A stretch of 64,000 nucleotides of DNA from assembly GCA_951406725.2 (NCBI GenBank), contig OX597828.1:10106001-10170000 (forward strand), written 5' to 3'. Shown piece by piece: positions 27,333-39,627 of this stretch (positions are counted from its first letter, which is position 1; every line of letters starts with the position of its first letter). The notes under the pieces are model-generated. The model was not told where the DNA came from and searched no databases. It was given only the letters and a program-made list of their open reading frames with translations. Position numbers and translations under genes: made by a program. Origin of the DNA: Octopus vulgaris. Lineage: Eukaryota.

Positions 27333-27929
27333 TATATTAAATTTTATCCCGGTATACATACCACTATTGTGTTCCATTAAGTATTGTTATTATTACCATT
27401 TAATGATTGGCGATTAAATCTAATTAATTTAATTTAAGAAGTGGTTAAAGTTCAAGCTGTAATGTTATTCGTCTCCACGGTTTCTCTAACACGCTTCCGT
27501 GTGCGTGCATTTAAAGTGAAAGCTGAGTCACTAATTAGTAACTTGTCTTCTGGAAGTGTTTTATTCCGTCTCAGTTATAGTTCAAATTTTCTCAGAGATA
27601 TTAAAGTAAAACCTCTACATCAGCACCGAATTGTAGAGCTGCATTAAAAACAGGTATTTCTCGCAACAAATGAATTCTACTGTAATGAATACTTTTCAGG
27701 AAACAAAATGTAATATCGATCTTTTATGTCTGGGTGGATTATAATGGTCAGAGATGCTCTACTTTCCTCTCCTATAAAATCAATAGAGCATAATATTACT
27801 GCATTCAAACTTGAAAAATATTTTGTATGTCCAATTTATAAAGGGTCGATATGGCTTGTGGTAGAGCACTCATTCACTTGGTTTTCAAACAATATACTAG
27901 AATACCATACAAGCTGTTCTATATTTGGA

Positions 27930-28169
27930 TTGTTGTTGTTGCTGTTGTGATCATCATCATCATCATCATCATCATCGTCATCAATATCATCGTTGTTGTT
28001 ATAATTACTTTATAATTTTTAAGGGTTGATAACATAATTACCAGGTTAACACTGGGGTCGTCAACATCGAATTAACCACATCCTCGAAATTGCTGGTTTG
28101 TGTCAAAATTTGGAATAGTCGTCATCATCAGCGTCAAAATAATAATAATAATAATAATGATCATCATCG

Positions 28170-28200
<31 letters not shown>

Positions 28201-28230
28201 CACCACCACCGTCGTGGTCGTCATCATAAT
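27930..28230. repeat. (TTG)n/(CAT)n/(AAT)n trinucleotide repeats with an embedded SINE tail fragment (~28020-28115)
   Basis: Direct reading; fragment ACTGGGGTCG...GCTGGTTTGTGTCAAAATTTGGAA resembles the SINE tail at 51339. Confidence 0.8.
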
Positions 28231-28266
28231 CCTCATTTTCGTTGTTATTGCAGTTATTTCTTTTTT

Positions 28267-28476
28267 AAGGTGGGTAGCTCGCAGAAACGTTAGCTCGCTG
28301 GACAAACTGCTTTGTGGAAATTCGTCCGTGTTCACGACCTATTTTGTAACTCTACGGAGATTGTCTTTCCCCTTTTATCCCTGAGAAATTCACATAAGTA
28401 CCATTCAAATACTGGGATGCATATAATCAACTAGCTTTATCCCACAAAATGTCATGCCTTGTGCCTATAGAAGAAA
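28267..28476 (+). mobile_element. Decayed MetaSINE-type SINE
   Basis: Head AAGGTGGGTAGCTCGCAGAAACGTTAGC..GGACAAACTGCTT, then AAGTACCA..ACTGGGA, tail GCCTTGTGCCTATAG. Confidence 0.6.
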
Positions 28477-29783
28477 AAATGAATTCTGTAATTTTTGTTG
28501 TTGCTGTTCTTCTTCTTCTCCTTCTTCCTCCTCTTCTTCTTCTTGTCGTTGTCGGTGTTTTCGTTGTATTGTTGCTGCTGCTATTAGGACGATTGCTGAA
28601 ATTATGTTGTAATTCTTAAAAATTGCCATTTAATTTACTTTAATCTAATCCACGCGTGCCTTGAAAGAGTACATTAGGGTATATTAGGTAAAATATAGTC
28701 TTTTTTAAATATATTACTATCACGCGTTTCCAGTGCCTCTGTACTATTGATTGATAATACTTAAGTCTTGGGGATTATATAACTCAATATTTATTTTAAA
28801 ACTAACTTTACCTATTATCTTTGTATTTTGAAAAATTTAAAGCAGTTCATTGATTCTAAATCTTCATGTGTATACTAGATATTCCAAACGTGTATGTCGT
28901 ACACAAATAGCAATTGATATATACGAATATGTTTATAACAGAATGAAATTAAGTTAAACGATGTAACCGAATTTTGTCGTTGGATGAAAATATTCCATTG
29001 AGATTGAGGGACGAATGTGAATAGAAAAATGCATAATTTAGCAATACTACATTGGAAAATGACCAGAAGGCACAACAGTCACGGAGGCATTCATTCTCTG
29101 GTATATTGTGTTCTTACCTGATGTACTTTGCTAAAAGCATCACAAATAGAAAGTGCCATTTGCCTCAGGTTTTAAAGACATTTCACTGAACTAATTTCGT
29201 TTCTTTTTTCTTCAATCTTTTCCTCTTCTTATTCTTATCTCTTGCTATTTCTTACATATGGAATCTAATAGCTATAATGCTATGTCTTTGTTCCTTTTGT
29301 CAATATACTGGCGAAGAATGTAAAATAGTTTTCTGTCTCCGTGTTTTATTTTAGCCTAAGGCTCAAATAATTTGAGACTGTCGTAGACAAAAGTATTTAA
29401 CAGTTAAATGATATGTAATAGATATAATATCCTATATAAGAGGAACAAATTAATTGATGGATTTCAGTATTTCTTGCGGTGATATAAGTGGTTATCATGC
29501 AACCATACTATCATGGAAGTGTGATTGTTTCGTAATTGATTATTTACATTCACACATACAGACATACACACAAACATATATAATACATATAAATATGTAT
29601 CTATACACGCATCGATACATACATACACTCACACACAAGTACACACATGCAAACATACATATATTGAGAGTGACATAGAAACAGACATATATATATAGTG
29701 TGAGAGAGATATTTATATGTATATATGTATGTATATATCTATATATATGTATATATATATCTATATATAAATATATATATATG

Positions 29784-29826
<43 letters not shown>

Positions 29827-29880
29827 ATATATATATATATATATATAGATATACACGTGTGTGCTGTTGTAGGTGTATGC

Positions 29881-29918
<38 letters not shown>

Positions 29919-32900
29919 GTGAGAGACAGTGTAGGCATGTATATATTTAAAACCAGTTACATTTCACTTAATATTTTTTGTGATAGATGTGATTATTCGA
30001 GTGTTTTCTCATTTGCATGTTAGATATTATTTATAAAGTTTATTATTTTAGATATTGTTGCAGACGAACGAATATTCATTATCTCAGTATTAAGTTTGAT
30101 AACAATAAATCGAACTTTTATTCCACAAATAATGTGGATTAGGCTTAAATGAGCTTGAATGCATAAATGTCCTACGACAGAATACGAACTCATAACTCGC
30201 TTAATTAAATACCAAAACTTGATTCACTTATAACTGAAACACCTCAGAGACATTTCTCATTATATGTGTGACATATCACACCAGTTATTCATTTATATAT
30301 GTGATGCTTCACACTAGTTAAATTACAGCATATTGAATTTGATGGACTCAAAGTATTTCACAAAAACAAAATTAAAATTCTCATCCTTCAAACAGAACGA
30401 GGAATATTAATATTTGAAAACGCCAACATTATTGCTCAGCCTTGTACTATGAAAACGGATGCCTCATACAAACATGCAGGACAATTTAGTTGGACATTGT
30501 ACATTTAAATTGTTAATAATCCTCCGGACTGTTTTAATTACCTGCAAAATTCCAACTGTATTTATCCTCCCTAGAAGATATTTTTTTATTAAAAAATGCA
30601 CTTTGAGAAACAAATTCTGGAGCGTTTCTTTCTTTCTGTGCAATTTTATGGAAAGAAGGGACAAATGATTGGAGCCAAACAATGGCAATTAGTGAACTAT
30701 TCATCAATACCAAAGTGACAAGCCATTACAATTTTAATTAATTACCGAATATAATTGCTTAAGCTTCTCTTTCTAGCACATTTTCTCATCTTAAATGTTG
30801 ACTCATTATTAATTGATTGATGACAAATTTTTAGAACACTGGAAGCAATGTGTGATACTATGCATATCTTCCTTAGGTTTCTTCTCAATTATGAAAATTA
30901 TTATTTATATATAACCGTTGCTCATAACATTCACCAGACACAGCTAATTTCACTTATGAATTTTCAAATAGAATTATTTTCTCTAACTTGACATCTTTAC
31001 ATTAAGTCAAAGCAAACAATTTTTTTTTATTTTTCTAGCTCGTATTGCGTCTCCATAGAAGTACTAATTTACAATGCTGATAAGCTAATCAACTGAAAAT
31101 AATCTCTAAAATTGTGAACAGAATATTAAAGATCAGAAATAAACCGGAAAATAAATAACATGAATGCTAAATATTTTTATATAGTTTGAAGATTGAAATA
31201 TAATACGTTTTCAAATAGATACAGTGAGGTAATATCTTGAAACATATGGAGTTTGAACAGCAAAGTTAGAGTTAACATTAGTAATGATAGGAACATTGAA
31301 AATCCTACTTGAAATTAATATGCTCAGAGGATAAATGAATAGATATCAATAGCTAATATTATTTTAATTATTTCAGCAATCATGAGAAAAAATTTCATTA
31401 ATAAATCATACTCGTTACAGTAATTGCCAAAATTGATGTACGAATCATTGAGCAAATGTGCGTTAATGTATATTTGATAGTTTAGACAAATTGAATTGCT
31501 TAGGGAATAAATAACTTGTGGATACCATACAGATAAAATAACGACGGCTTAGTCGGTTCTCATATATTTAATAATAGGAGCGTTGAAAAACCAAGTAGTT
31601 TACGCAATATATATTTCCTGGACGACCTATGATTCAACATACATTTGTGATGTAACCCAGAGTAATTAGATATGTTAGGTCTATCAACATCGGGCATTTC
31701 ACTCTCGCGATAAGAATCAGATAAGATCAGAATTCGACTTGCATTCTAGAAAGAACGATTTTTGGTTCAGTCCTCCAAATCATTCAGCTACCACTAGGTT
31801 TTCCAGCTTTGCTTGCAGATTGCATGGTCTTCGCCTCTCATTGTATGCTCAGTCGATTGACGGTGTCGCAGCGTAATACTCCTTATTCCCTTCCACATAC
31901 CGTAATATAATAATTATGATCAACTAAATTTATGTGAGAGGGGGAACGTTGGCGTAAAGAAAAAATAGACGTGTAATAAGCGTTTCTCATTGCTTCGCTT
32001 CATACAAGTATTTAAATACATCTGAATTTCAATAATTCATATTATACCCTGATATTTTATCATTAATAAACTGATAACATATTTTGTTTGCTTTTGCTAT
32101 GTCGAACTGTTTAAGCGAAGAAAACAATATGATTACTTACATAGGCACAAAGCCAGAAATTTTGATCGAAGATATAAACCGATTAAATTGAATTCGGCTT
32201 TTGACTAGTGTTTATTTTATTGACTCCAAAGTTGATAATATATGAAGCGGTAGATCAGCGTCATCAATTTTGCCTTTACCGAAGTTTAAAATACACAATG
32301 CAAAATTTATAGTCTGTCCTATTACATTATGTTGGTCATGTGTACAAAAGCAATAACGACTATATGTTTTGTATTATCTGGTGTCTTGTATTATGTTCAG
32401 TTCTATATACTATATGAATGAATGCCTAACAATTATAGGAAGTTAGAGAGATAGATGATATTTTTTCAGTTTATAAACTGAAAAAAATATTGCAGAAGAA
32501 ATTCCTAAGTTCTCGGGTAAAAATGAAGTTTGTAGGAATTAGAAACAAAAAAGGAGTCTAAAAGAAGACGAAAAAATGGGGAAATATCACACACCGGGTG
32601 ATATTGCAAAACTTAGGGACATTTACAGCTTGAAATATAAGAGCTGTCGGCATTTTTGAGTAAGGCAAACTTTAGTAAGGCAAACATAATAGATGCAACT
32701 CTCTCGTTCCTCACTGAATTGTGTAACTTCATTTTTATCTTTGAGAATCTACATATATTTCGATAAGGCTATAGAAATGCATTTTCTATAAACAAATTTC
32801 TAGCTTATATTGAGTGCATGATTTAAGTGTCAAGAGTTAAAATAAGGTATAATTCAATAATTCAGCATTGATAATCTAATATACGTAATATATACAACAG

Positions 32901-33140
32901 AATCTATACATTAATGCACCAGGTGTGTTATAATATATTTCTACTATAGGTTCCATAAGGCACACAAGTATTACAGTATCATAGAATGTCTAATTACGTT
33001 CCTTGATACCTTACAGCGGATATATTTGCATTTCTTACAGTACTAAGTAAGGTAAACTCACACATACATATATACAGACACAGACACATAGACACACATA
33101 CATAGAAACCGACACACATAAAAATATATATGCGTAAATG

Positions 33141-33197
<57 letters not shown>

Positions 33198-33577
33198 AAA
33201 GGGGGTTGAATGATTGTGTATAGAGAGATTTATATTATTCAAAGAAATTCCAACTCTGTTTTTTATGTTTTATTTATAGTCTTTATAATATTAATGTAGA
33301 ATATAGAATATATAGTATAAAAAGTATATATATTGTAGTAGTTTAATGAAATGAATTATTGATTGTCTTATTGAATAGATGAAATGTTGAATATCAAATA
33401 TTAAGGGACTAGTAAACTTTCTTGTATTAAAGCAGTCTTCAAGGTCCCAGGTTGTGACAGGAGAAACTTTCGTTTCGTTTCGTTTCTTCTTCTTCTCTAA
33501 GCTGGTTTTTATATATAATTATGACGCGAAACTCTATAACTCCTTATTCTCTCTTTCTTTCATCCTCTTTGGCTTCC

Positions 33578-33614
<37 letters not shown>

Positions 33615-33859
33615 TCCTCATCTCTCTCACAGCCGGGTCGACGAACTTATTTTCGCTTGCGGCCTTCTTCAAGTAAACATATACCTTCCTGCGCTCGTGA
33701 AAATGTTTTCCTCGTCTAGGCTTATAGGCCCTCATTTTTTGTTTTCCTGTCCTGTTTCTATTCCTTCTTGTACTATCTTTTTTGTAATTGTATTTTTATT
33801 TTGTATTTTTTTTAATTGTATTGTTTTTACGTCCTGTTTTTGTCACATTTTTTTCCTTT

Positions 33860-34120
33860 TTTTTTCCTTGTTTTTACCCCTCTGCAAGGGAATTTTATTT
33901 AATTCTTTCGCAGGAAGGACAAGTTCGACGAGACGTGTTCTGGCCTAACCTTCGAAACACGCTGGAGTTGAACTAGGGACAGCTGATGAAGGGTATGTTT
34001 CCTTGTGTAGTTGTCTTGTACTCTGTTTTTTCGTTGTTAAAAAAATGGTCCGTTCCATGCTGTTTTTACTTTTTCGTTTCTCGTTGAGTTCTACGTCTAT
34101 TTGTGGTGTCCTGTACACAC
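33860..34120 (+). mobile_element. Repeat carrying strand-permuted hammerhead-like motif (copy A, motif 33934-33994)
   Basis: CGTGT-T-CTGGCCT a ACCTT c GAAA CACG ctggagttgaacta GGGACAG CTGATGA AGGGT; T-rich tail ending GTCCTGTACACAC then TA-rich. Confidence 0.75.
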
Positions 34121-34210
34121 GTATATATATTTATATATGCATGTATATATACATGTAGATGTAGGTACGTACATATATATTTGTATGTATGCATATATTT
34201 TATTTATTAC

Positions 34211-34247
<37 letters not shown>

Positions 34248-34249
34248 TG

Positions 34250-34497
34250 TCTGTGGAGATATATTTTTGCAGAAAAAAAAATAGTAGTCTTTTGGCTGCT
34301 ATTTCTAAAATCGTTCAGTATGTGGTCAAGCAATTTGTTGCAAAACCATTATTGTTATAATTATATATAAAAAAAAAACTTTTTGTTTACGTTTTTACCG
34401 AATATGGTCCTTTTCCATACCGAAAAACTACTAGGTGAAATTTGTTGATTTTATTAAATTAATTATATTTCACCCTATATCTGTAATGATTATATAT
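34250..34497 (+). mobile_element. Old diverged relative of the 564-bp monomer (portion lacking the HHR)
   Basis: TTTTGGCTGCTATTTCTA..GTTCAGTATGTGG..ATGGTCCTTTT.CATAC.GAA..GGTGAAATT shared with 12388-12550; (TA)n flanks. Confidence 0.75.
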
Positions 34498-34962
34498 ATA
34501 CTGCAGCAGGTCTTGCGTATTTCTTTCTTAATTTAGCTACACTGTAATATTCCTTTCTTTGCCTGATTTCCACGCATATGCAAATAAAGAAAAATGCAGA
34601 ATTCTTTTGACCGTAAATGCATTACTAATTAGAAGCATCTATTCTTTGATGAAAATTTCCATTAGCTTAATTATATAAACACTAGATGTAAATATTTCTT
34701 CATTAGGGAATAATCCCTTAGCGATGTTTTCCAGGAAAGAGGAATTTTCGAATTTACTGGATTCTCTTCTCTTTCTCCTTGGTGATATGTGCTAGGTTGG
34801 CATCTATTAACATGCTTCGAAATTATAACCTCAATTTAATACTTCCATGCACAGCACGCCCATATATGTACACACACACTTACACACAAACATTTATTGA
34901 TAGATAGATCGATAGACAGATAACAAGCAGATATATATATATTTATATATATATATATATAC

Positions 34963-35262
34963 AGGTTCCTTCTCGAGCCATGCCTGACTCATAAGGGCCG
35001 GTTTCCCGGTTTCTTGGCGTATAAGTTCCCCACCTGGACGGGACGCCGGTCCGTCGCAGGTGAGCTGCAAGATTCGGGAGGAAAGTGTGAGAGAAAGTTG
35101 TGGCGAAAGAGTCAGCAGAAGTTCGCCATTACCTTCTACCGGCGACGCGTGCAGCTTAGGTGTTTTCCCACATAAACACTCACATCACCCGGTCTGATAT
35201 TTGAACCCGCGATCCCTCGACCGCGAGTCCGCTGCTCTAACCACTAGGCCATGTGCCTCCAC
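34963..35262 (-). mobile_element. tRNA-derived V-SINE-like element
   Basis: Minus strand: GGAGGCACATGGCCTAGTGGTTAGAGCAGCGGACTC..GGGTTCAAAT head; V-domain-like CCTGCGACGGACCGGCGTCCCGTCCAGG; tail GAAACCGG..GGCCCTTATGAG..TGGCTCG. Confidence 0.8.
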
Positions 35263-35302
35263 AAACATACAGATAGCTAGATAGATAGACAGACAGACAG
35301 GC

Positions 35303-35341
<39 letters not shown>

Positions 35342-36662
35342 TGGAGAGACGGACGGACTGACGGACGAATGCGCGGATGGATGGATGGAAGGTTATGTGA
35401 GTATGTGTGTTTTGGCAAAAATCATATGCAGTTTAATATAACTTAAGATGCAAATATATTTACTTAACAATCATCTAAATTTTGAAATATTACATAATTC
35501 AAGATATTTAAACATGATTGTATATCTTTTAAATGTGTGCATGACCGCAAGTCATGCACACATTGGAAACTATACGTGTATAGAGACGATTGCAGACACA
35601 AATACTCACACATGTGATTGTATACATATGTGCAATAGTAAATATAAATACGCACATACACACATACATTCAATACATTCATATATGTATACATGCATAT
35701 ATACAGACATGCATACATATATATAGAGAGAGATGCACTCACATATATAGAAATGCATGCATACACACGAGCTTGTATATGAATTACCCAATGTTGTGTC
35801 CTCCAAATTATGATGTATATATAGAGGTGACATCGTGATCTCTCTTAAAATGTTACAATGTCACATAGATAAAGAGAGAGAGAGAGAGGGAGGGAGAGGG
35901 AGGGAGAGATAAAGAGAGATAGAAAGAAGAGTGAGAGAGGTGGAGAAAGTGAGAACCATCACTATATTTAAATACATACTTACTGAAATTAAAGATTATT
36001 TATTATATAAAAATCTTGAAAACTAAACAGATTTACATAAACTTTATACACAGATATTTTTCTGTGTTGTATTAAGCTGTTTTCGTTATTTTCAGCTGCC
36101 AGAGAAACGTATTTTAAGATACTCAATATAGTGGTAATTGTTTTCAGTAGAGATATTGAATATTTCAGATTATTTTGGATTTAGAATTCTTGTGAAATAT
36201 TATTTCATATGATTATCATTATTTTGAACAAGGAAAGAATTTTAATTTTCAATGGGCATAAATGTCTTGATTTTAGCTATATGGGGGAAGGCATCGGTAG
36301 ATGAACTTCTACATCGTTACTCGCATACCTTAAGTCGATCTATTAATATTGAAGAATTAGGGTTGGATGAGAAAGAGATGAAAACAAAGGGATATAGAGA
36401 ATGGTACAAGGGAGATGAGGAGTAAAAGTAGGGAGATTAAAGAAAGAGAAAGCCAAGAAATATGAGAGAGAGAGGGCGGGAAAAGAAAAGAGGAAAGAAA
36501 GAAGAAAGCATGAGTGGGACTAAAAGAAAGAGCCGTACATACTTTTTAGATACATACTTCAATGTGCGCAAAATATATGTATATATATCCCAAAAGTGGA
36601 ACAAGGACGCAACAGACGACAATAGGATGAATGTGATAATGACATGTGTGTGTGTGTGTGCA

Positions 36663-36699
<37 letters not shown>

Positions 36700-36703
<4 letters not shown>

Positions 36704-36995
36704 GAGTCCACTGTGATCCGTATGTAGGAGAGATGCAGCCGAAAGGTAAATATCCAAACGAATCCGTAAATGGTAGATAAAGTGTAGACAAAGAGTCCAG
36801 TGGAGATGTTCGTAGTGGTAAGAATTGACAGGATCCTTTTTTCTCTCCTTTTTTTCTCTCCTTGTTTTCTGTGTCCCTTTCTGTAGAAGAGCGTAGGCTC
36901 GAAACGTAAAAGACGTTTTTATTCCTGAGCGTTATTCAAATACATCTGTTTGTTTTGTAAACCACCTGTCTTCGTCTTTTTTTTCCGTAAACCCT

Positions 36996-37000
<5 letters not shown>
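36700..37000 (+). mobile_element. (TA)n-flanked repeat with partial hammerhead-like half (36881-36920)
   Basis: GAGC gtag GCTC GAAA CGT aaaag ACG T T present; upstream CUGANGA box non-canonical (CTGTAGAA). Confidence 0.4.
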
Positions 37001-37029
<29 letters not shown>

Positions 37030-37167
37030 CAAAAATTCACATAAGTGACAAGGATTTTACAGCCTACGTATATACGTAGAAATTCCAGGGCCAAGTGAAA
37101 TGCTTTTGTAAAACGTAGGTAAATTAAGAAATGGAGTTAAACGCAGGTGTTATTCATATCTTCATAC

Positions 37168-37253
37168 TTCCAACATATGTTTGGAAGAAAATATTAATAT
37201 TGTTCCGGAGGGAATAAAATGATGTAAAACAATGCAGTCATCTCGTCAGGGAA
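37168..37253 (-). ncRNA. Minimal type I hammerhead, GAAA mutated to CAAA
   Basis: TTCC-CTGACGA-GATG...CTTC-CAAA-CATATG-TT-GGAA. Confidence 0.65.
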
Positions 37254-37295
37254 CCGAATGTGATTACCGCGTATATAGGTTTTGTTTCTCTTTTC

Positions 37296-37381
37296 TTCCC
37301 TGACAAGATGATTGCATTGTTTTACATCATTTTATCCCCTCCGGAATAATATCAATGTGTTCTTCGAAACATATGTCGGAA
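37296..37381 (+). ncRNA. Minimal type I hammerhead, G8 mutated to A
   Basis: TTCC-CTGACAA-GATG...CTTC-GAAA-CATATG-TC-GGAA; palindromic stem III. Confidence 0.7.
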
Positions 37382-37599
37382 GTATGAAGATATGAATAAC
37401 ATCTGCGTTTAACTCCATTTCTTAATTTATATATGTTATACAAAATCATTTCACTTAGCCCAGCAATTTCTACCTTTATATGTAGACTGTATCATCCTTG
37501 GCACGTATGTGAAATTTTGCTACCCTGGTAATTATGTTTGTCTGTGTTATTTGTACACATGGAAAAATACACATACATTTATATGTATGTGTGTGTGTG

Positions 37600-37868
37600 T
37601 GGAGGCGCAATGACCCAGTGGTTAGGGCAGCGGACTCGAGTTCGTAGTATCGCGGTTTCGATTCCCAGACCGGGCTTTGTGTGTGTTTATTGAGCGAAAA
37701 CACCTAATGCTCCACGAAGCTCCGGCAGTACTCTTTCTCTCTCTTTCTTCTATTGGCCTGCTCGCTTAGTCAGCCGGGTGGCATCATTTGAAAGCTAAAA
37801 CAATGCGAAGCGCATTGTTTACCAGTGATGTGTAGCAACATCTGATAGCCTGGTCGGTCACAGTGATA
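37600..37868 (+). mobile_element. tRNA-derived SINE with the same head as 34963-35262 but a different 3' half
   Basis: GGAGGCGCAATGACCCAGTGGTTAGGGCAGCGGACTCG..GGTTTCGATTCCCAGACCGGG..GAAAACACCTAA; tail CAATGCGAAGCGCATTG..CTGGTCGGTCAC. Confidence 0.85.
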
Positions 37869-38403
37869 TATATATATATACGCACGTACACAAACACATA
37901 TACGACACCTTTTGTAAACGATAGAAAACGTACAATACTAGACTGCAGTGATAGCTTTGAGTGCAACCAAAACTACTATATATATATTTCGTTTGACTGA
38001 AAAGTGAAAAACAGAACTGGTGTGTTTATTAGTGCTAGATACTAATAAATCAGCATTTACCACCATAGAATCATTCATTAATTTGGAATTTATTTCGAGT
38101 TGATGTGCTTGAATGTTGGTTTTTCCGCCTGTTATTATGTAGTTTGATGGTTTAGTAAACTCTGTTTAGTATTATGCTCTTCACAAACATGCATAAGCTC
38201 CGAATCTTCGATTTCTTTTCTGGTTTACACCTTTGGACGTTTGTGCAACTTATGTAAATATCTGCCTGTGTTTGCAAACTCCAAATATTATTCGATAGTT
38301 TTGTTATATATCCCATTCGTATGTATCTGAAAGGATATCTGGTTGACGTCGTAATAAAACCATACAACTTATGGTTACAATTGTGATTAGTATTATTGTT
38401 GTG

Positions 38404-38406
38404 ACC

Positions 38407-38486
<80 letters not shown>

Positions 38487-38498
38487 AACTACTACTAC
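38404..38498. repeat. (ACC)n-(ACT)n microsatellite
   Basis: Direct reading. Confidence 0.95.
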
Positions 38499-38571
38499 GT
38501 CATTATTATCACATAGATCCACTCACACACACACATGCACACACACACACACACACGCACACACACACACA

Positions 38572-38793
38572 TAAATTTTAGGTGATAGACACACACACAC
38601 ACACACGCATATATATTATCACATTTTCCTTACACACATATATATATATATACACACACACACATATACGTATATATATATATATATATATATACGTATA
38701 TGTGTGTGTGTGTGTATATATATATATATGTGTAAGGAAAATGTGATAATATATATGCGTGTGTGTGTGTGTGTGTCTATCACCTAAAATTTA
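38572..38793. repeat. Near-perfect ~220-bp palindrome centred on (TA)n
   Basis: TAAATTTTAGGTGATAGAC..TATCACATTTTCCTTACAC mirrored by GTGTAAGGAAAATGTGATA..GTCTATCACCTAAAATTTA. Confidence 0.9.
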
Positions 38794-39073
38794 GTCTTGT
38801 TTTCCATATTATGGTTTCGCCCCTGGTCAAACATAAGCGATCAGATATTTAATTAAATGCACTGCAGCTGTGATCTTCCCGCCTATTTATCCTCATGGAG
38901 AACTGAAGTATGTAGTGCGATTCTCCTCTTTTGAAAAAGGTAAGACTTTCTTTACTTGGTTACCTAACAGCTACGTCACATGGCGTAAAGAATCACAGAG
39001 ACCGCAAGAAGCTGCTATTGAAACATTTTACAGTAGATTAGTAAGCTGATTATTTACAAGAATTGAAATAATA

Positions 39074-39235
39074 GGCGCAGGAGTGGCTGTGTGGTAAATA
39101 GCTTGCTTACTAACCACATGGTTCCGGGTTCTGTCCCACTGCGTGGAACCTTGGCAAGATGTCTTCTACTATAGCTTCGGGCCGACAAATGCCTTGTGAG
39201 TGGATTTGGTAGACGGAAGCAGAAAGAAGCCCGTC

Positions 39236-39322
<87 letters not shown>

Positions 39323-39540
39323 TGTGTATATATATTTGCGTGTCTGTGTTTGTCTCCCCAACATCGCTTGACAACCGATGCTGGTGTGTTTACGTCCCCG
39401 CAACTTAGCGGTTCGGCGGCAAAGGGGACCGATGGAATAAGTTCTAAGCTTAGAAAGAATAAGTCCTTGGGTCGATTTGCTCCAATATGGCCACAGTCAA
39501 ATGACTGAAACATAATAGTAAAAGAGTAACGAGTAAAATA
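39074..39540 (+). mobile_element. tRNA-derived CORE-type SINE (octopus OR2-like), near full length
   Basis: GGCGCAGGAGTGGCTGTGTGGTAA box A, GGTTCTGTCCCA box B, CCTTGGCAAG core-like block, internal (TA)n(TG)n, tail ATGGCCACAGTCAAATGACTGAAAC. Confidence 0.9.
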
Positions 39541-39627
39541 ATCTGCATCAACTCTCGATTTGCGTTTATAATTTACACACACGCTCGCGAGTGTAAATAT
39601 ATACGTACGTACGTACATGCTTGTATA

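Larger units (their letters stand above)
37027..37522. mobile_element. Fold-back element (~227-bp arms, 42-nt spacer) with a minimal hammerhead in each arm
   Basis: 37027-37253 is an imperfect reverse complement of 37296-37522. Confidence 0.9.

Noticed and set aside
28072-28384. Poly-His, poly-Met and poly-Ile ORFs
   Set aside because: Trinucleotide microsatellites; no coding context
29113-29310. Minus-strand exon ending in CAG|GTAAG
   Set aside because: Only short open frames and no recognisable product; a donor motif alone is insufficient
37600-37675. tRNA gene (likewise 35190-35262 and 39074-39145)
   Set aside because: tRNA-like heads continue into SINE bodies and lack a proper acceptor stem
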